Shown one piece after another: positions 47,136 to 55,766 of a stretch of DNA of 64,000 nucleotides. The notes beneath the pieces were generated by a model that worked only from the letters and a program-made list of their open reading frames with translations, had not been told where the DNA came from and did not search any database. The translations under genes and the position numbers were made by a program. The DNA is from a virus. Each line of letters starts with the position of its first letter. The stretch's first letter is position 1. Location: positions 96,001-160,000 of IMG/VR virus record IMGVR_UViG_3300032325_000466. One strand, 5' to 3'.

Positions 47136-47594
47136 ATGAACTGGTACACTAAAGTATCACAAGATTTATCAGTTATCCCTGACTTTATTACTCATTATGA
47201 AGCTGAGTTAGAGTCTGCCAGACAAGATGTAAGGGTAAGAGGCAATGTAGAAAAGAACATTGCTTCTTTACCTGGTATTACTGAGCATAGATTTAATCAG
47301 CTACAAGAATTAGAAGCGGTGTTAAACTTTCTCAACATTCAATTACGAAAAATCCGTAGAAAACACTTTCAAAAATATTTAGAAGCGTATAATCGAGCCC
47401 TAACTTCTAGGGACGCAGAAAAATATGTAGATGGTGAAGATGAAGTTATCCAATTTGAAATTCTTATAAATGAATTGGCACTAATGCGAAATAAATGGTT
47501 AGGAATTTTAAAAGGTTTGGATAGCAAAAACTACATGTTAGGACATGTGGTAAAGCTACGAACTGCTGGAATGGAAGATATTGTTATCAGTTAA
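47136..47594 (+). CDS. uvsY: Recombination mediator (UvsY-like)
   Basis: YLE.YNRALTSRDAEKYVDGED...RN.WLGI.KGLD.K...GHVVKLRTAG; follows uvsX. Confidence 0.75.
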   Translation: MNWYTKVSQDLSVIPDFITHYEAELESARQDVRVRGNVEKNIASLPGITEHRFNQLQELEAVLNFLNIQLRKIRRKHFQKYLEAYNRALTSRDAEKYVDGEDEVIQFEILINELALMRNKWLGILKGLDSKNYMLGHVVKLRTAGMEDIVIS

Positions 47595-47669
47595 GTGGGT
47601 AAGTTGTTACTTGTATAGGTTCATTACTCAGTGTATAATGATCACATCATAAACTAACTTTAGAAAATC

Positions 47670-48443
47670 ATGTCCTCACAATCTTCAAGGTCAACTTCAA
47701 TATTGGGTCAACTACTCAAACAAGCACTCGACTCACCTGATTTATGTGAGCTACGGCCCGCCCAGCCTACTGTAAATAATTTTCTAGCAGATCCACTTGC
47801 CCAAAGTGTAGCTATGTATCTAAATAAGCAAAATGGGTATAAGATTGGTGGGTTTAGAGGTAACTTAAGTCCTATCTCGGAACAGTATGTAGAAAGACTT
47901 ATTACCGACGATGATTATCAAATAGCTGGACAAATTCGTGATTACTACAGCAAAAAAATCATGATGTGGAAACTTCTAGGCCACCCTCTTACTAATTTTA
48001 GACAAGACCTAAATGCATTCATTCACCAAAATGATTTTTCTGAGGTCTCAGATAGAATGCTGCCTCTTATCTACAAGTTGCCTGAATTTTATTTTCAAGA
48101 TATTAAACTTGAAGATGTTCTATATAAATGCATTAAATTTAACGGTGTGATTGGTGAAAGAGCCGGTGTTAAAAAACTTACCTACTTAGATTCTATTACT
48201 AAGAAGTCAAAACTCAAAGTATTAGCTACAGTGGAATACTGGTTTCACGATGAAAATAAGTATCCAGTACTTATTAGACTACAACAAAATCCTTTATCTC
48301 AGTTTTGGGAAAAGATTATCCAAGACCATCATGAAGAAAACAAACCTCTAACTATGTATGCCAGTCGCTATGGTACTTGCAAGTATCGAGGAGAAATTAA
48401 TGTGATTGTTCCTGAATCTTATCATCTACAATTAAAATTATAA
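47670..48443 (+). CDS. Hypothetical protein
   Basis: 257-aa ORF with an upstream TTGTAT-N17-TATAAT. Confidence 0.65.
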   Translation: MSSQSSRSTSILGQLLKQALDSPDLCELRPAQPTVNNFLADPLAQSVAMYLNKQNGYKIGGFRGNLSPISEQYVERLITDDDYQIAGQIRDYYSKKIMMWKLLGHPLTNFRQDLNAFIHQNDFSEVSDRMLPLIYKLPEFYFQDIKLEDVLYKCIKFNGVIGERAGVKKLTYLDSITKKSKLKVLATVEYWFHDENKYPVLIRLQQNPLSQFWEKIIQDHHEENKPLTMYASRYGTCKYRGEINVIVPESYHLQLKL

Positions 48444-48619
48444 TGGATAGAGATAGAAAAATAATCGTATGGTACAATCACATGTTAAATATGTGGACAG
48501 CTATGTACAATGACGATAAAAAGTATCGTGTAGGCTTAGTTGGATATGGTACAAATAAATCAAGCGCAGTAGATGATTTAAAATACCAAAACACAGAAAT
48601 TAAAAATACAGGAAAGTAA
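48443..48619 (+). CDS. Small hypothetical protein, 58 aa (missed by the ORF track)
   Basis: MDRDRKIIVWYNHMLNMWTAMYNDD...; coupled by TAATG upstream and TAAATG downstream. Confidence 0.55.
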   Translation: MDRDRKIIVWYNHMLNMWTAMYNDDKKYRVGLVGYGTNKSSAVDDLKYQNTEIKNTGK

Positions 48620-49555
48620 ATGGCAAAGATTAAAAAAGCAAGCACTAATAGTAGTGCAATGATACACGACCAACTAACCATTGTTTCTGTGTTTGGACAT
48701 AACAATGGTTCTTCAGTCATTCCTGCTATATTAAAAAGTATGGAAGAATTGCCTGGCAGTCGAGGGCTTCTTTTATCTATTGAAAAACCAAAAAATCTTC
48801 CCCCTGAAATTGAATGGAAACAGATTCACAATTTAAATTATAAACAGTACACTCTTTTTATGATGCATTCTTTGTATGCATTTATCAAAACTGACTATTG
48901 TTTGACAGTACAAGAAGATGGCTGGGTTATAAACGGCAATAATCTTACTGAAAAATATTACGAATACGATTATATTGGACCAATTACCCATTGCGCTATA
49001 AAAATGGATGATAGTCTTACTTCATTGCAGCATTTATTTTTACAGTTTCATTGGTGTGGTAAAGCAGATTCAACTACATTTGTGATACAAAATGGCGGAT
49101 TTTCACTTAGAAGCAAAAGATTTTTAGAAGCTTGCAATGTTCATGGAATCACCCATACCACTGATCTTGGTCTAAAAATAACAGGTGCAAACGGCAAAGA
49201 AGAATTATGGACACCTATTTGGAACGAAGATGTACAACTAAGTGGTATGCTTAGGCCAAAGTTGATGAGGTGTGGTTATAAATATGCACCCACTGAAGTA
49301 GCAATGGAGTTTGGAGTAGAATACTTACATACTGAACTACACAAAACTATGGACTTTAATACTATCGTAGGACATCATGCTAAGTCTAGGGTGTTAGTAG
49401 ACCAAGATACTATAAAATTGCCAAACAATGTGGGCACCTTAGGAATGATGGAAAAACGATTCATAGAATGGCTGCGCGACACAAAAAAATACAAGTTCAT
49501 GTTGGATGCTGAATGGCAAAGTAAATTTGGGATGAATTCTGGCTCCAAAGGTTGA
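48620..49555 (+). CDS. DUF5672-like glycosyltransferase-fold protein
   Basis: TDYCLTVQEDGWVIN, YEYDYIG, NGGFSLRSKRFL, NED. Confidence 0.65.
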   Translation: MAKIKKASTNSSAMIHDQLTIVSVFGHNNGSSVIPAILKSMEELPGSRGLLLSIEKPKNLPPEIEWKQIHNLNYKQYTLFMMHSLYAFIKTDYCLTVQEDGWVINGNNLTEKYYEYDYIGPITHCAIKMDDSLTSLQHLFLQFHWCGKADSTTFVIQNGGFSLRSKRFLEACNVHGITHTTDLGLKITGANGKEELWTPIWNEDVQLSGMLRPKLMRCGYKYAPTEVAMEFGVEYLHTELHKTMDFNTIVGHHAKSRVLVDQDTIKLPNNVGTLGMMEKRFIEWLRDTKKYKFMLDAEWQSKFGMNSGSKG

Positions 49556-49580
49556 CAATAAATAAGCATTCTGTTATATT
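49552..49580 (+). promoter_or_regulatory. Early promoter (TTGACAATAAAT class)
   Basis: TTGACA-ataaataagcattctgt-TATATT. Confidence 0.75.
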
Positions 49581-49609
49581 AAATCTATAGTAGATAGAGG
49601 GAGTAGATA

Positions 49610-50053
49610 ATGAAAAAAGGTGAAATGCTTGACAAAATGCTAGTCATTGTCACCAACGCACACCATGGTCAATTTGATCGAGGCGGAAATCCCTATATTC
49701 TGCACCCACTCAAAGTAATGCACTACCTAAGATCGGATGACGAGGAACTAATGTGCATGGCTCTTGGACATGATGTTATTGAAGATACTTCGGTAACTTA
49801 CAAAGACTTGCGAGATGCTGGTATCAGTGAGAGAGTTATCGCAGGGATCCGCGCACTGACCAAAGTACCCGGACAGACTTATGATGAATACAAAGAAGGG
49901 GTCTTTGCTAGCTCAGATGCGATGAGAGTTAAGCTGGCCGACTTGCGACACAACACCGATATTCGGCGTCTAAAGGGTGTTACTGAAAAAGACATTGCTA
50001 GAATGGCAAAGTATCATACTTTCTATATGGAAATAAAAGCAAAACTAGGTTGA
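49610..50053 (+). CDS. Stand-alone HD-domain hydrolase, SpoT/Mesh1-like (small alarmone hydrolase)
   Basis: H.GQ.D..G.PYI.HP..V, HDVIEDT, VKLADLRHN; no synthetase domain. Confidence 0.8.
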   Translation: MKKGEMLDKMLVIVTNAHHGQFDRGGNPYILHPLKVMHYLRSDDEELMCMALGHDVIEDTSVTYKDLRDAGISERVIAGIRALTKVPGQTYDEYKEGVFASSDAMRVKLADLRHNTDIRRLKGVTEKDIARMAKYHTFYMEIKAKLG

Positions 50054-50078
50054 CAATAAATGGGTTTGGGCGTATAAT
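50050..50078 (+). promoter_or_regulatory. Early promoter (TTGACAATAAAT class)
   Basis: TTGACA-ataaatgggtttgggcg-TATAAT. Confidence 0.9.
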
Positions 50079-50108
50079 ATGGTTATACACTGAAACACAG
50101 GACTAAAA

Positions 50109-50348
50109 ATGAAGACCTATCAAGAAGCAGTTTGGAAACTGGCACTGACGCACGCCCGTTACGATATGGGCGGTGGCTTGCCACGCGCCGTAGCCGGCTT
50201 AGATACAGTGGCATGGATCTTTGATGTTTCTGAAAAGCAAGTCCAAAAGGATGTGGACAAGGCCCTCAAAGAAGCCTGGAAAGTTGCCGGCAAGACTTGG
50301 GAAGTGGGCTGGGCCGCAATGCCGATAATCAAAACCCCCAAAACTTGA
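50109..50348 (+). CDS. Hypothetical early protein
   Basis: 79 aa behind the promoter cassette. Confidence 0.6.
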   Translation: MKTYQEAVWKLALTHARYDMGGGLPRAVAGLDTVAWIFDVSEKQVQKDVDKALKEAWKVAGKTWEVGWAAMPIIKTPKT

Positions 50349-50373
50349 CAATAAATGGATTTGGGCGTATAAT
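50345..50373 (+). promoter_or_regulatory. Early promoter (TTGACAATAAAT class)
   Basis: TTGACA-ataaatggatttgggcg-TATAAT. Confidence 0.9.
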
Positions 50374-50404
50374 ATCTTTATACACTGAACAAACAGGCAC
50401 AGAA

Positions 50405-50764
50405 ATGAACTACACTTTCGATAGCAACATTGTTTCCGATCTTCACAAAGATGCTTATGGCCGTCGTCCCAGCGACAGCTTTTGGTCGCAATGGACCGAT
50501 GCTTCGGATGCTGAAAAGCAGACCATTTGGGACGGACTGTTGCGTTCCTTGGAAATCTCTATGGAGATCGAACGGGAGGCAGAGCAGCGGGCCATTGAGC
50601 GGTTCGAGGCTTTGGTTCGGGTAAACATTGACGCAGGTGCAAAGGACCGTGAGACCGCACTGCGTTGGATCATGGATGCTAGCAAGTGTAACGGTGACTG
50701 GGAATATCTGTGCTACACTCACGGTCTGCCCTATAAGTACTTCAATGCCCGAGTGAGTGCCTGA
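50405..50764 (+). CDS. Hypothetical early protein
   Basis: Start set at 50405 after the shared leader (..ISDLHKDAYGRRP..); the track's upstream extension is promoter DNA. Confidence 0.7.
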   Translation: MNYTFDSNIVSDLHKDAYGRRPSDSFWSQWTDASDAEKQTIWDGLLRSLEISMEIEREAEQRAIERFEALVRVNIDAGAKDRETALRWIMDASKCNGDWEYLCYTHGLPYKYFNARVSA

Positions 50765-50767
50765 ACA

Positions 50768-51253
50768 ATGAGTGCTTGGAGTCATCTACCAAACGCGGTG
50801 CATATCGACCGAGTACTGGCTTCAGTTAAGTCACATCCCAAATTATGGCTGCATACAAGGGATCAGGCATGGCAACAGACAAATTTTAATGCCTGGGATC
50901 AGGCAAGAGATCAGGCAAGAGATCAGGCATGGTATCAGGTATGGGAGCAGGCAAGGGGTCAGGCATGGGAGCAGGCAAGGGATCAGGTAAGGGTCCGAGC
51001 ATGGTATCAGGCAAGGGATCAGGTAGGTGTTCGGGCAAGGGGTCAGGTATGGGATCAGGCATGGGGTCAGGAAGGGGGCCAAGCAATGGGTGCTATGCTC
51101 GCACTGGTCGCATATGATGATTGTGCTACTTATTTGCAGCTTCCCATTGACCAACTTAAAATGCTTTACCAGTTAAACGAACATCCAGCTTGTCTATTAC
51201 TTCAGCCCGCGGTTATTGTATTCGCAAAAGAAAAGGAACTGGTCCAAAGTTGA
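50768..51253 (+). CDS. W/R-D-Q-A tetrapeptide-repeat protein (paralog of 25460-25855)
   Basis: Same flanking domains, longer repeat tract. Confidence 0.75.
   Translation: MSAWSHLPNAVHIDRVLASVKSHPKLWLHTRDQAWQQTNFNAWDQARDQARDQAWYQVWEQARGQAWEQARDQVRVRAWYQARDQVGVRARGQVWDQAWGQEGGQAMGAMLALVAYDDCATYLQLPIDQLKMLYQLNEHPACLLLQPAVIVFAKEKELVQS
50846..51085 (+). repeat. 12-bp minisatellite, about 20 degenerate units
   Basis: Units such as tgggatcaggca, agagatcaggca, agggatcaggta and tggtatcaggca. Confidence 0.9.
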
Positions 51254-51278
51254 CAATAAATGGGTTTGGGCGTATAAT
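51250..51278 (+). promoter_or_regulatory. Early promoter (TTGACAATAAAT class)
   Basis: TTGACA-ataaatgggtttgggcg-TATAAT, identical to 50050. Confidence 0.9.
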
Positions 51279-51309
51279 AGCTACATACACTGAACAAACA
51301 GGAACAGAA

Positions 51310-51624
51310 ATGACTCAGTTCGACAAAACCAAATTTCACGGTGCTACTTTCGTTCACTACAGTGGTTCGGGCGAATATCGATTCGTTGCTCGATTCAAAT
51401 ACGGCGGAAAGGCTGCGTTTCTGAAGTTCTTGGCCGAGAATTTCACGGTCGAGGAATACTTTCAGGAACTGGATAAGGGCACTCCCCCGCTCAGGATTGT
51501 TGAAGCCCGTGGATATGTTCAGCCCCATGTGAAAAAGATCCTGAAGGCCGAGGGCTATCCCCAGACTACCGCAGGCATGCGTCAGTACATTGCCGAGAGC
51601 GTTATCGCTCGGCGCGCTGCTTAA
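51310..51624 (+). CDS. Hypothetical early protein
   Basis: Start set at 51310 after the shared leader ACAGGAACAGAAATG. Confidence 0.7.
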   Translation: MTQFDKTKFHGATFVHYSGSGEYRFVARFKYGGKAAFLKFLAENFTVEEYFQELDKGTPPLRIVEARGYVQPHVKKILKAEGYPQTTAGMRQYIAESVIARRAA

Positions 51625-51646
51625 AGGATTGGGATAAGGAGTAATT

Positions 51647-52024
51647 ATGAAAAAGCCCAAAATTTTTCCCCATCGTTATTACTGCTCGGATCGCGATGGT
51701 TGTGCCCGGTGTCCTAAATTGGCCGAGGTAGTTTGGAATCGTATTCGTGGAGACCGCAGTAGGTATGCAGTTGACATGGAGATTATTAGCGAGAACTCCA
51801 TCAAAGTATACGCCTACACGATGGCCTGCAATGTGTATGGTGGTATTGGTAATCGTACTCACGAACAGATGGTTACTGAATTCACCGAAGTAGAGCAGGC
51901 AATGCTTGACGAATACATTCTTGAACTCAAGACGGCGGCGGCAGCCAAAGAGTTTGAAAAGCGAGAGGAAGAAAAAAGGAACAAAGCCGTAATGAAGATT
52001 AGAAAGGAACTCTTTGGCGTCTAG
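51647..52024 (+). CDS. Hypothetical early protein
   Basis: 125 aa, AAGGAG RBS. Confidence 0.65.
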   Translation: MKKPKIFPHRYYCSDRDGCARCPKLAEVVWNRIRGDRSRYAVDMEIISENSIKVYAYTMACNVYGGIGNRTHEQMVTEFTEVEQAMLDEYILELKTAAAAKEFEKREEEKRNKAVMKIRKELFGV

Positions 52025-52028
52025 CCGG

Positions 52029-52057
52029 TTGACAATAAATGGGTTCGGGTGTATAAT
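52029..52057 (+). promoter_or_regulatory. Early promoter (TTGACAATAAAT class)
   Basis: TTGACA-ataaatgggttcgggtg-TATAAT. Confidence 0.88.
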
Positions 52058-52089
52058 ACTTGTATTGAAACTGAAGAACAGGAACAAAA

Positions 52090-53118
52090 ATGACTCAAAT
52101 TCTTATCAAGCGCGGCGCGTATCGTGGTACTCCCGTTATCAATCAAACCTTTACACTGGTCAAAGGTTTTCAGGTAGGTGCCAAAGGTAACTATGTTACT
52201 GTCAAAAACGAGGGACATTTCCCGATCGCTATTGATGTAGTAAAGGTTAAAGTAGATAATATGGGATCATTCGAATTTACTTCAGGAGAGCCTGTGACTA
52301 GCACCGCAGTGGAAATCAAGCAAGTGTACAAGCCCGCAGAAACCGACGAGGCAGCTATGGACCGAATCGCTACTCGGTTCTCAGTACTAGATGAGATGTC
52401 GCAAGCTTGTATCAAAGGCGATATCCGAGCCATGATCGTGTCAGGTCCCCCGGGCGTTGGCAAATCGTTTGGCGTCGAGCAGCAATTGGAAAAGGCCGCA
52501 CTGTTTGACAAAATCGCAGGCAAGCGGGTTCGCTTTGAGATTGTCAAAGGTGCAATGACCGCACTGGGCCTCTATGTTCAATTGTACAAGTTTTCGGACC
52601 CGAAAAACATTCTAGTGTTCGATGACTGTGACTCGGTTTTGCAAGATGAACTGGCCCTGAATATTCTCAAGGCTGCGCTGGATTCGGGCAAGCGTCGTCG
52701 CATTTGCTGGAACTCGGATTCGTCACTGCTTCGCCGTGAGGAAGTGCCCGATTCTTTCGAATTCAAGGGCTCGGCAATCTTTATTACGAACCTGAAATTC
52801 GGCAACATCAAGTCGAAGAAACTTCAGGATCACCTCGAGGCTCTTCAAAGTCGCTGCCACTTTCTGGACCTAACGATTGATACCGAGCGTGATAAGATGC
52901 TGCGTATCAAGCAGGTCCATCGTGATGCCGAGGGCGGTCTGTTCAAAGACTATGATTTTGAGGGTGATGAGGCTGCTGAGATTCTTTCGTTCATGGAAGT
53001 CAATCGCACTAAACTGCGCGAAGTGTCACTGAGGATGTGTCTCAAGGTTGCTGATTTGGTTAAGATCAGCCCCGCGAATTGGCGGAATCTGACCCAGGCT
53101 ACTTGCATGAAGGCATGA
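52090..53118 (+). CDS. AAA+-type P-loop ATPase
   Basis: SGPPGVGKS Walker A, LVFDDCD Walker B, IFITN, ALQSR. Confidence 0.8.
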   Translation: MTQILIKRGAYRGTPVINQTFTLVKGFQVGAKGNYVTVKNEGHFPIAIDVVKVKVDNMGSFEFTSGEPVTSTAVEIKQVYKPAETDEAAMDRIATRFSVLDEMSQACIKGDIRAMIVSGPPGVGKSFGVEQQLEKAALFDKIAGKRVRFEIVKGAMTALGLYVQLYKFSDPKNILVFDDCDSVLQDELALNILKAALDSGKRRRICWNSDSSLLRREEVPDSFEFKGSAIFITNLKFGNIKSKKLQDHLEALQSRCHFLDLTIDTERDKMLRIKQVHRDAEGGLFKDYDFEGDEAAEILSFMEVNRTKLREVSLRMCLKVADLVKISPANWRNLTQATCMKA

Positions 53119-53134
53119 TTGTAGTCAGCAAAAT

Positions 53135-53160
53135 AAAAAGGGGCTTAGGCCCCTTTTTTT
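53135..53160 (+). terminator. Intrinsic terminator
   Basis: AAAAAGGGGC-TTAG-GCCCCTTTTTTT. Confidence 0.85.
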
Positions 53161-53205
53161 ACCTTTACGCTTTACTTGATACCGGCAACAGTGTATTATA
53201 GCTAA

Positions 53206-54246
53206 ATGCAAACGCCAACCTTTACTGTAACTGAAGAATGCATTACATATCTACTTACTGTTATCAGGCTAAGTAGAGTTGATGCCCATTTATTTAACAA
53301 CTTAGTTGTACTAAGTACGCATTCGGGTAAGATTACTACAAACCAAGTAAACCTATTTAATCGCGTAGTGTCCAAATATGAGAAACAACTGACAGAACAT
53401 CTTTTAACACCCGAATATGTCGTCAGCTTGCCATGGGCATGTACAATCATAGAAAGCTTGCCCCAATATGCCGAGGCTCATATTTGGATTAAAGATAGAA
53501 TGATCTATCTAAAGTCACCTTTTAGTAGAGAATTTCTTGCCGCTCTAAACCAAGATCCTATATACACTATGCATTGGGATCGAGATAATAGAGAATACAG
53601 TTTAGAGTTTGGTACAGCAGCATTAAAACAATTGCTTCGCATGGTTAATGCCTGCTATAAACAGGTAAATTACTGTCCCATTGTAACTAAACTTTTAGCT
53701 GATGTAAAGTCATTTGAATCAGTTAAATATTGGACTCCAACTTTAGTAATACGCAAAGAGCAATTATATATTGTCGCTTGCAATAAAAGCTTGATGGAAG
53801 CAATAGCGCATATACCACTTACTACTGATTTAAAATCAATCTCGGCTTTACTACAATATGGGATACTGATAGATACTGAGGTCTATGATTTCTTACTAAA
53901 CACTCACGATCCACATGAAGTTAAATTTGCAATTAACCACGCCCCAGCTATTGAAATAAGTGAGTTAGATAAGGTAATACATTGGTTAAAAGATTACGGG
54001 TGTGATGCGATACATATGTCACCTGAAACTAAATTTCAGCGTAGAAAATCCCACATTTGGTGCAGCATAGAAAAAATCATAACTGACTTACATATTACAA
54101 TACTTGATTCTGAAGAACAGTTGAAACTCTATACGAATCCTGTTATAATAAGTGTTAGATCACTCTTACCTACAGCAAAAAATCCCTATAAATACTATAA
54201 GTTAATTAAAGTAATGAACACACAACCTATTGATTTACATAAATGA
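53206..54246 (+). CDS. Hypothetical protein upstream of the helicase
   Basis: 346-aa ORF; TTTACT-N17-TATTAT lies 6 nt before the ATG. Confidence 0.65.
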   Translation: MQTPTFTVTEECITYLLTVIRLSRVDAHLFNNLVVLSTHSGKITTNQVNLFNRVVSKYEKQLTEHLLTPEYVVSLPWACTIIESLPQYAEAHIWIKDRMIYLKSPFSREFLAALNQDPIYTMHWDRDNREYSLEFGTAALKQLLRMVNACYKQVNYCPIVTKLLADVKSFESVKYWTPTLVIRKEQLYIVACNKSLMEAIAHIPLTTDLKSISALLQYGILIDTEVYDFLLNTHDPHEVKFAINHAPAIEISELDKVIHWLKDYGCDAIHMSPETKFQRRKSHIWCSIEKIITDLHITILDSEEQLKLYTNPVIISVRSLLPTAKNPYKYYKLIKVMNTQPIDLHK

Positions 54247-55700
54247 AAAAATGTACCATAAAAATAACAGATGAAGTTAATACCAAAATCATTGGTTTGG
54301 AGTTGGCTGAGCGCAAAACATTAATGAAAATGTTTGAGTATCAAGATCCAACTGCAAGATTTAGACCCTCATACAAGCTTGGCAGATGGAGTGGTAAGGT
54401 AAGTTATTTTTCACTGGCTGGTAGTACTTATATTAATCTGTTACCTGATATTGTTCCTGTATTGGATCGCGCAGGGTATGATATAGAATTAGAAGACACA
54501 AGAGAGTATCGAACTACATTTGAATTCAACCGAGTAACCGAAACAACTTTTTCTGAATATACTTGGCCAGTGGGACATCCTAAAGCAGGGGAACCAGTCA
54601 GACTTAGAAATTATCAAGTTGAAATCGTTAATAACTTTTTAGCTAATCCACAATGCATTCAAGAAATCGCTACTGGGGCAGGTAAGACTATTATGACTGC
54701 TGCGCTAAGTTATAGCGTACAGCAATATGGACGTAGCATTGTAATCGTACCCAATAAATCATTGGTAGTACAAACAGAATTTGACTATAAAAATATTGGA
54801 CTTGATGTTGGAGTGTATTTTGGTGACAGAAAAGAAATAGGAAAAACTCATACTATCTGTACTTGGCAAAGTTTGAATAACATGCTAAAGGATACTAAAT
54901 CAGGTGAAGCGGTAGTTCCAATTGGTGAATTTTTAGAAGGTGTGGTATGTGTTATTGTTGATGAAGTACACATGGCCAAAGCAGATGCCCTAAAAACTTT
55001 GTTAACTGGTGTTATGTCTCAGATGCCTATTCGCTGGGGATTAACAGGTACTATTCCCAAAGCCGAACATGAAGCACAATCACTATTTGTAAGCTTAGGT
55101 CCAGTTATCAGTAAGCTATCAGCCAGTGAATTACAAGATCGGGGTGTACTGGCTAAGTGTCATGTAAATGTTATTCAGTTGCAAGACAAAGTAGAGTTCA
55201 CTAATTACCAAAGTGAATTAAAACATCTATTAGAAGATAAGTTAAGATTAGATCATATAGCAGAAATGATTTTAAAAATCAAAGACACAGGAAACACTTT
55301 GGTGCTGGTTGACCGCGTAAATGCAGGCCGCGAGTTAGTTAGCAGGTTGCCTGACAGCGTGTTCATATCAGGTGAAACAAAACTTACAGAAAGAAAGGAA
55401 GAATATGACGAGATTGCTACCAGTACTGGTAAGATTATTGTGGCTACCTATGGTGTTGCCGCTGTGGGCATTAATATCCCTAGGATTTTTAATTTGGTTC
55501 TTTTGGAGCCCGGAAAAAGTTTTGTCCGTGTTATCCAGAGCATTGGCAGGGGTATAAGAAAAGCGGAAGACAAAGACTTCGTACAAATTTGGGACATAAC
55601 TTCAAGCTGTAAATTTGCTAAACGACATTTAACACATAGAAAAGCTTTTTATAAAGAGGCCTCATATCCATTTGAAGTGGAAAAAGTCGATTACAAATAA
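54243..55700 (+). CDS. uvsW: SF2 DNA helicase (UvsW-like)
   Basis: LRNYQ, ATGAGKT, VDEVH, GLTGT, VATYGVAAVGINIP, IQSIGRGIR. Confidence 0.92.
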   Translation: MKKCTIKITDEVNTKIIGLELAERKTLMKMFEYQDPTARFRPSYKLGRWSGKVSYFSLAGSTYINLLPDIVPVLDRAGYDIELEDTREYRTTFEFNRVTETTFSEYTWPVGHPKAGEPVRLRNYQVEIVNNFLANPQCIQEIATGAGKTIMTAALSYSVQQYGRSIVIVPNKSLVVQTEFDYKNIGLDVGVYFGDRKEIGKTHTICTWQSLNNMLKDTKSGEAVVPIGEFLEGVVCVIVDEVHMAKADALKTLLTGVMSQMPIRWGLTGTIPKAEHEAQSLFVSLGPVISKLSASELQDRGVLAKCHVNVIQLQDKVEFTNYQSELKHLLEDKLRLDHIAEMILKIKDTGNTLVLVDRVNAGRELVSRLPDSVFISGETKLTERKEEYDEIATSTGKIIVATYGVAAVGINIPRIFNLVLLEPGKSFVRVIQSIGRGIRKAEDKDFVQIWDITSSCKFAKRHLTHRKAFYKEASYPFEVEKVDYK

Positions 55701-55766
55701 TGATAATTCTTTACATAACTGCATTGACTTCTCACACACATTATGTTAAAATATCGCTAATAGCGA

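Noticed and set aside
50109-50130. N-terminus MKTYQE, identical to the start of the T4 IP targeting sequence
   Set aside because: It lacks the F-I-x-E completion and is driven by an early promoter, so it is probably coincidental.
25538-51085. 12-bp repeats as a CRISPR array or DGR TR/VR pair
   Set aside because: There are no unique spacers, no cas or reverse transcriptase gene in the window, and the variation is not adenine-specific.
50843-51154. Several overlapping repeat ORFs (CLIP, DPLP, GSGKG frames)
   Set aside because: They are alternative frames of the same minisatellite. Only the frame matching the paralog's non-repeat flanks is credible.
32736-55700. Introns or inteins in thyA, terminase, uvsX or uvsW
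   Set aside because: All have normal lengths with contiguous motifs, and no intein boundary motifs were seen.
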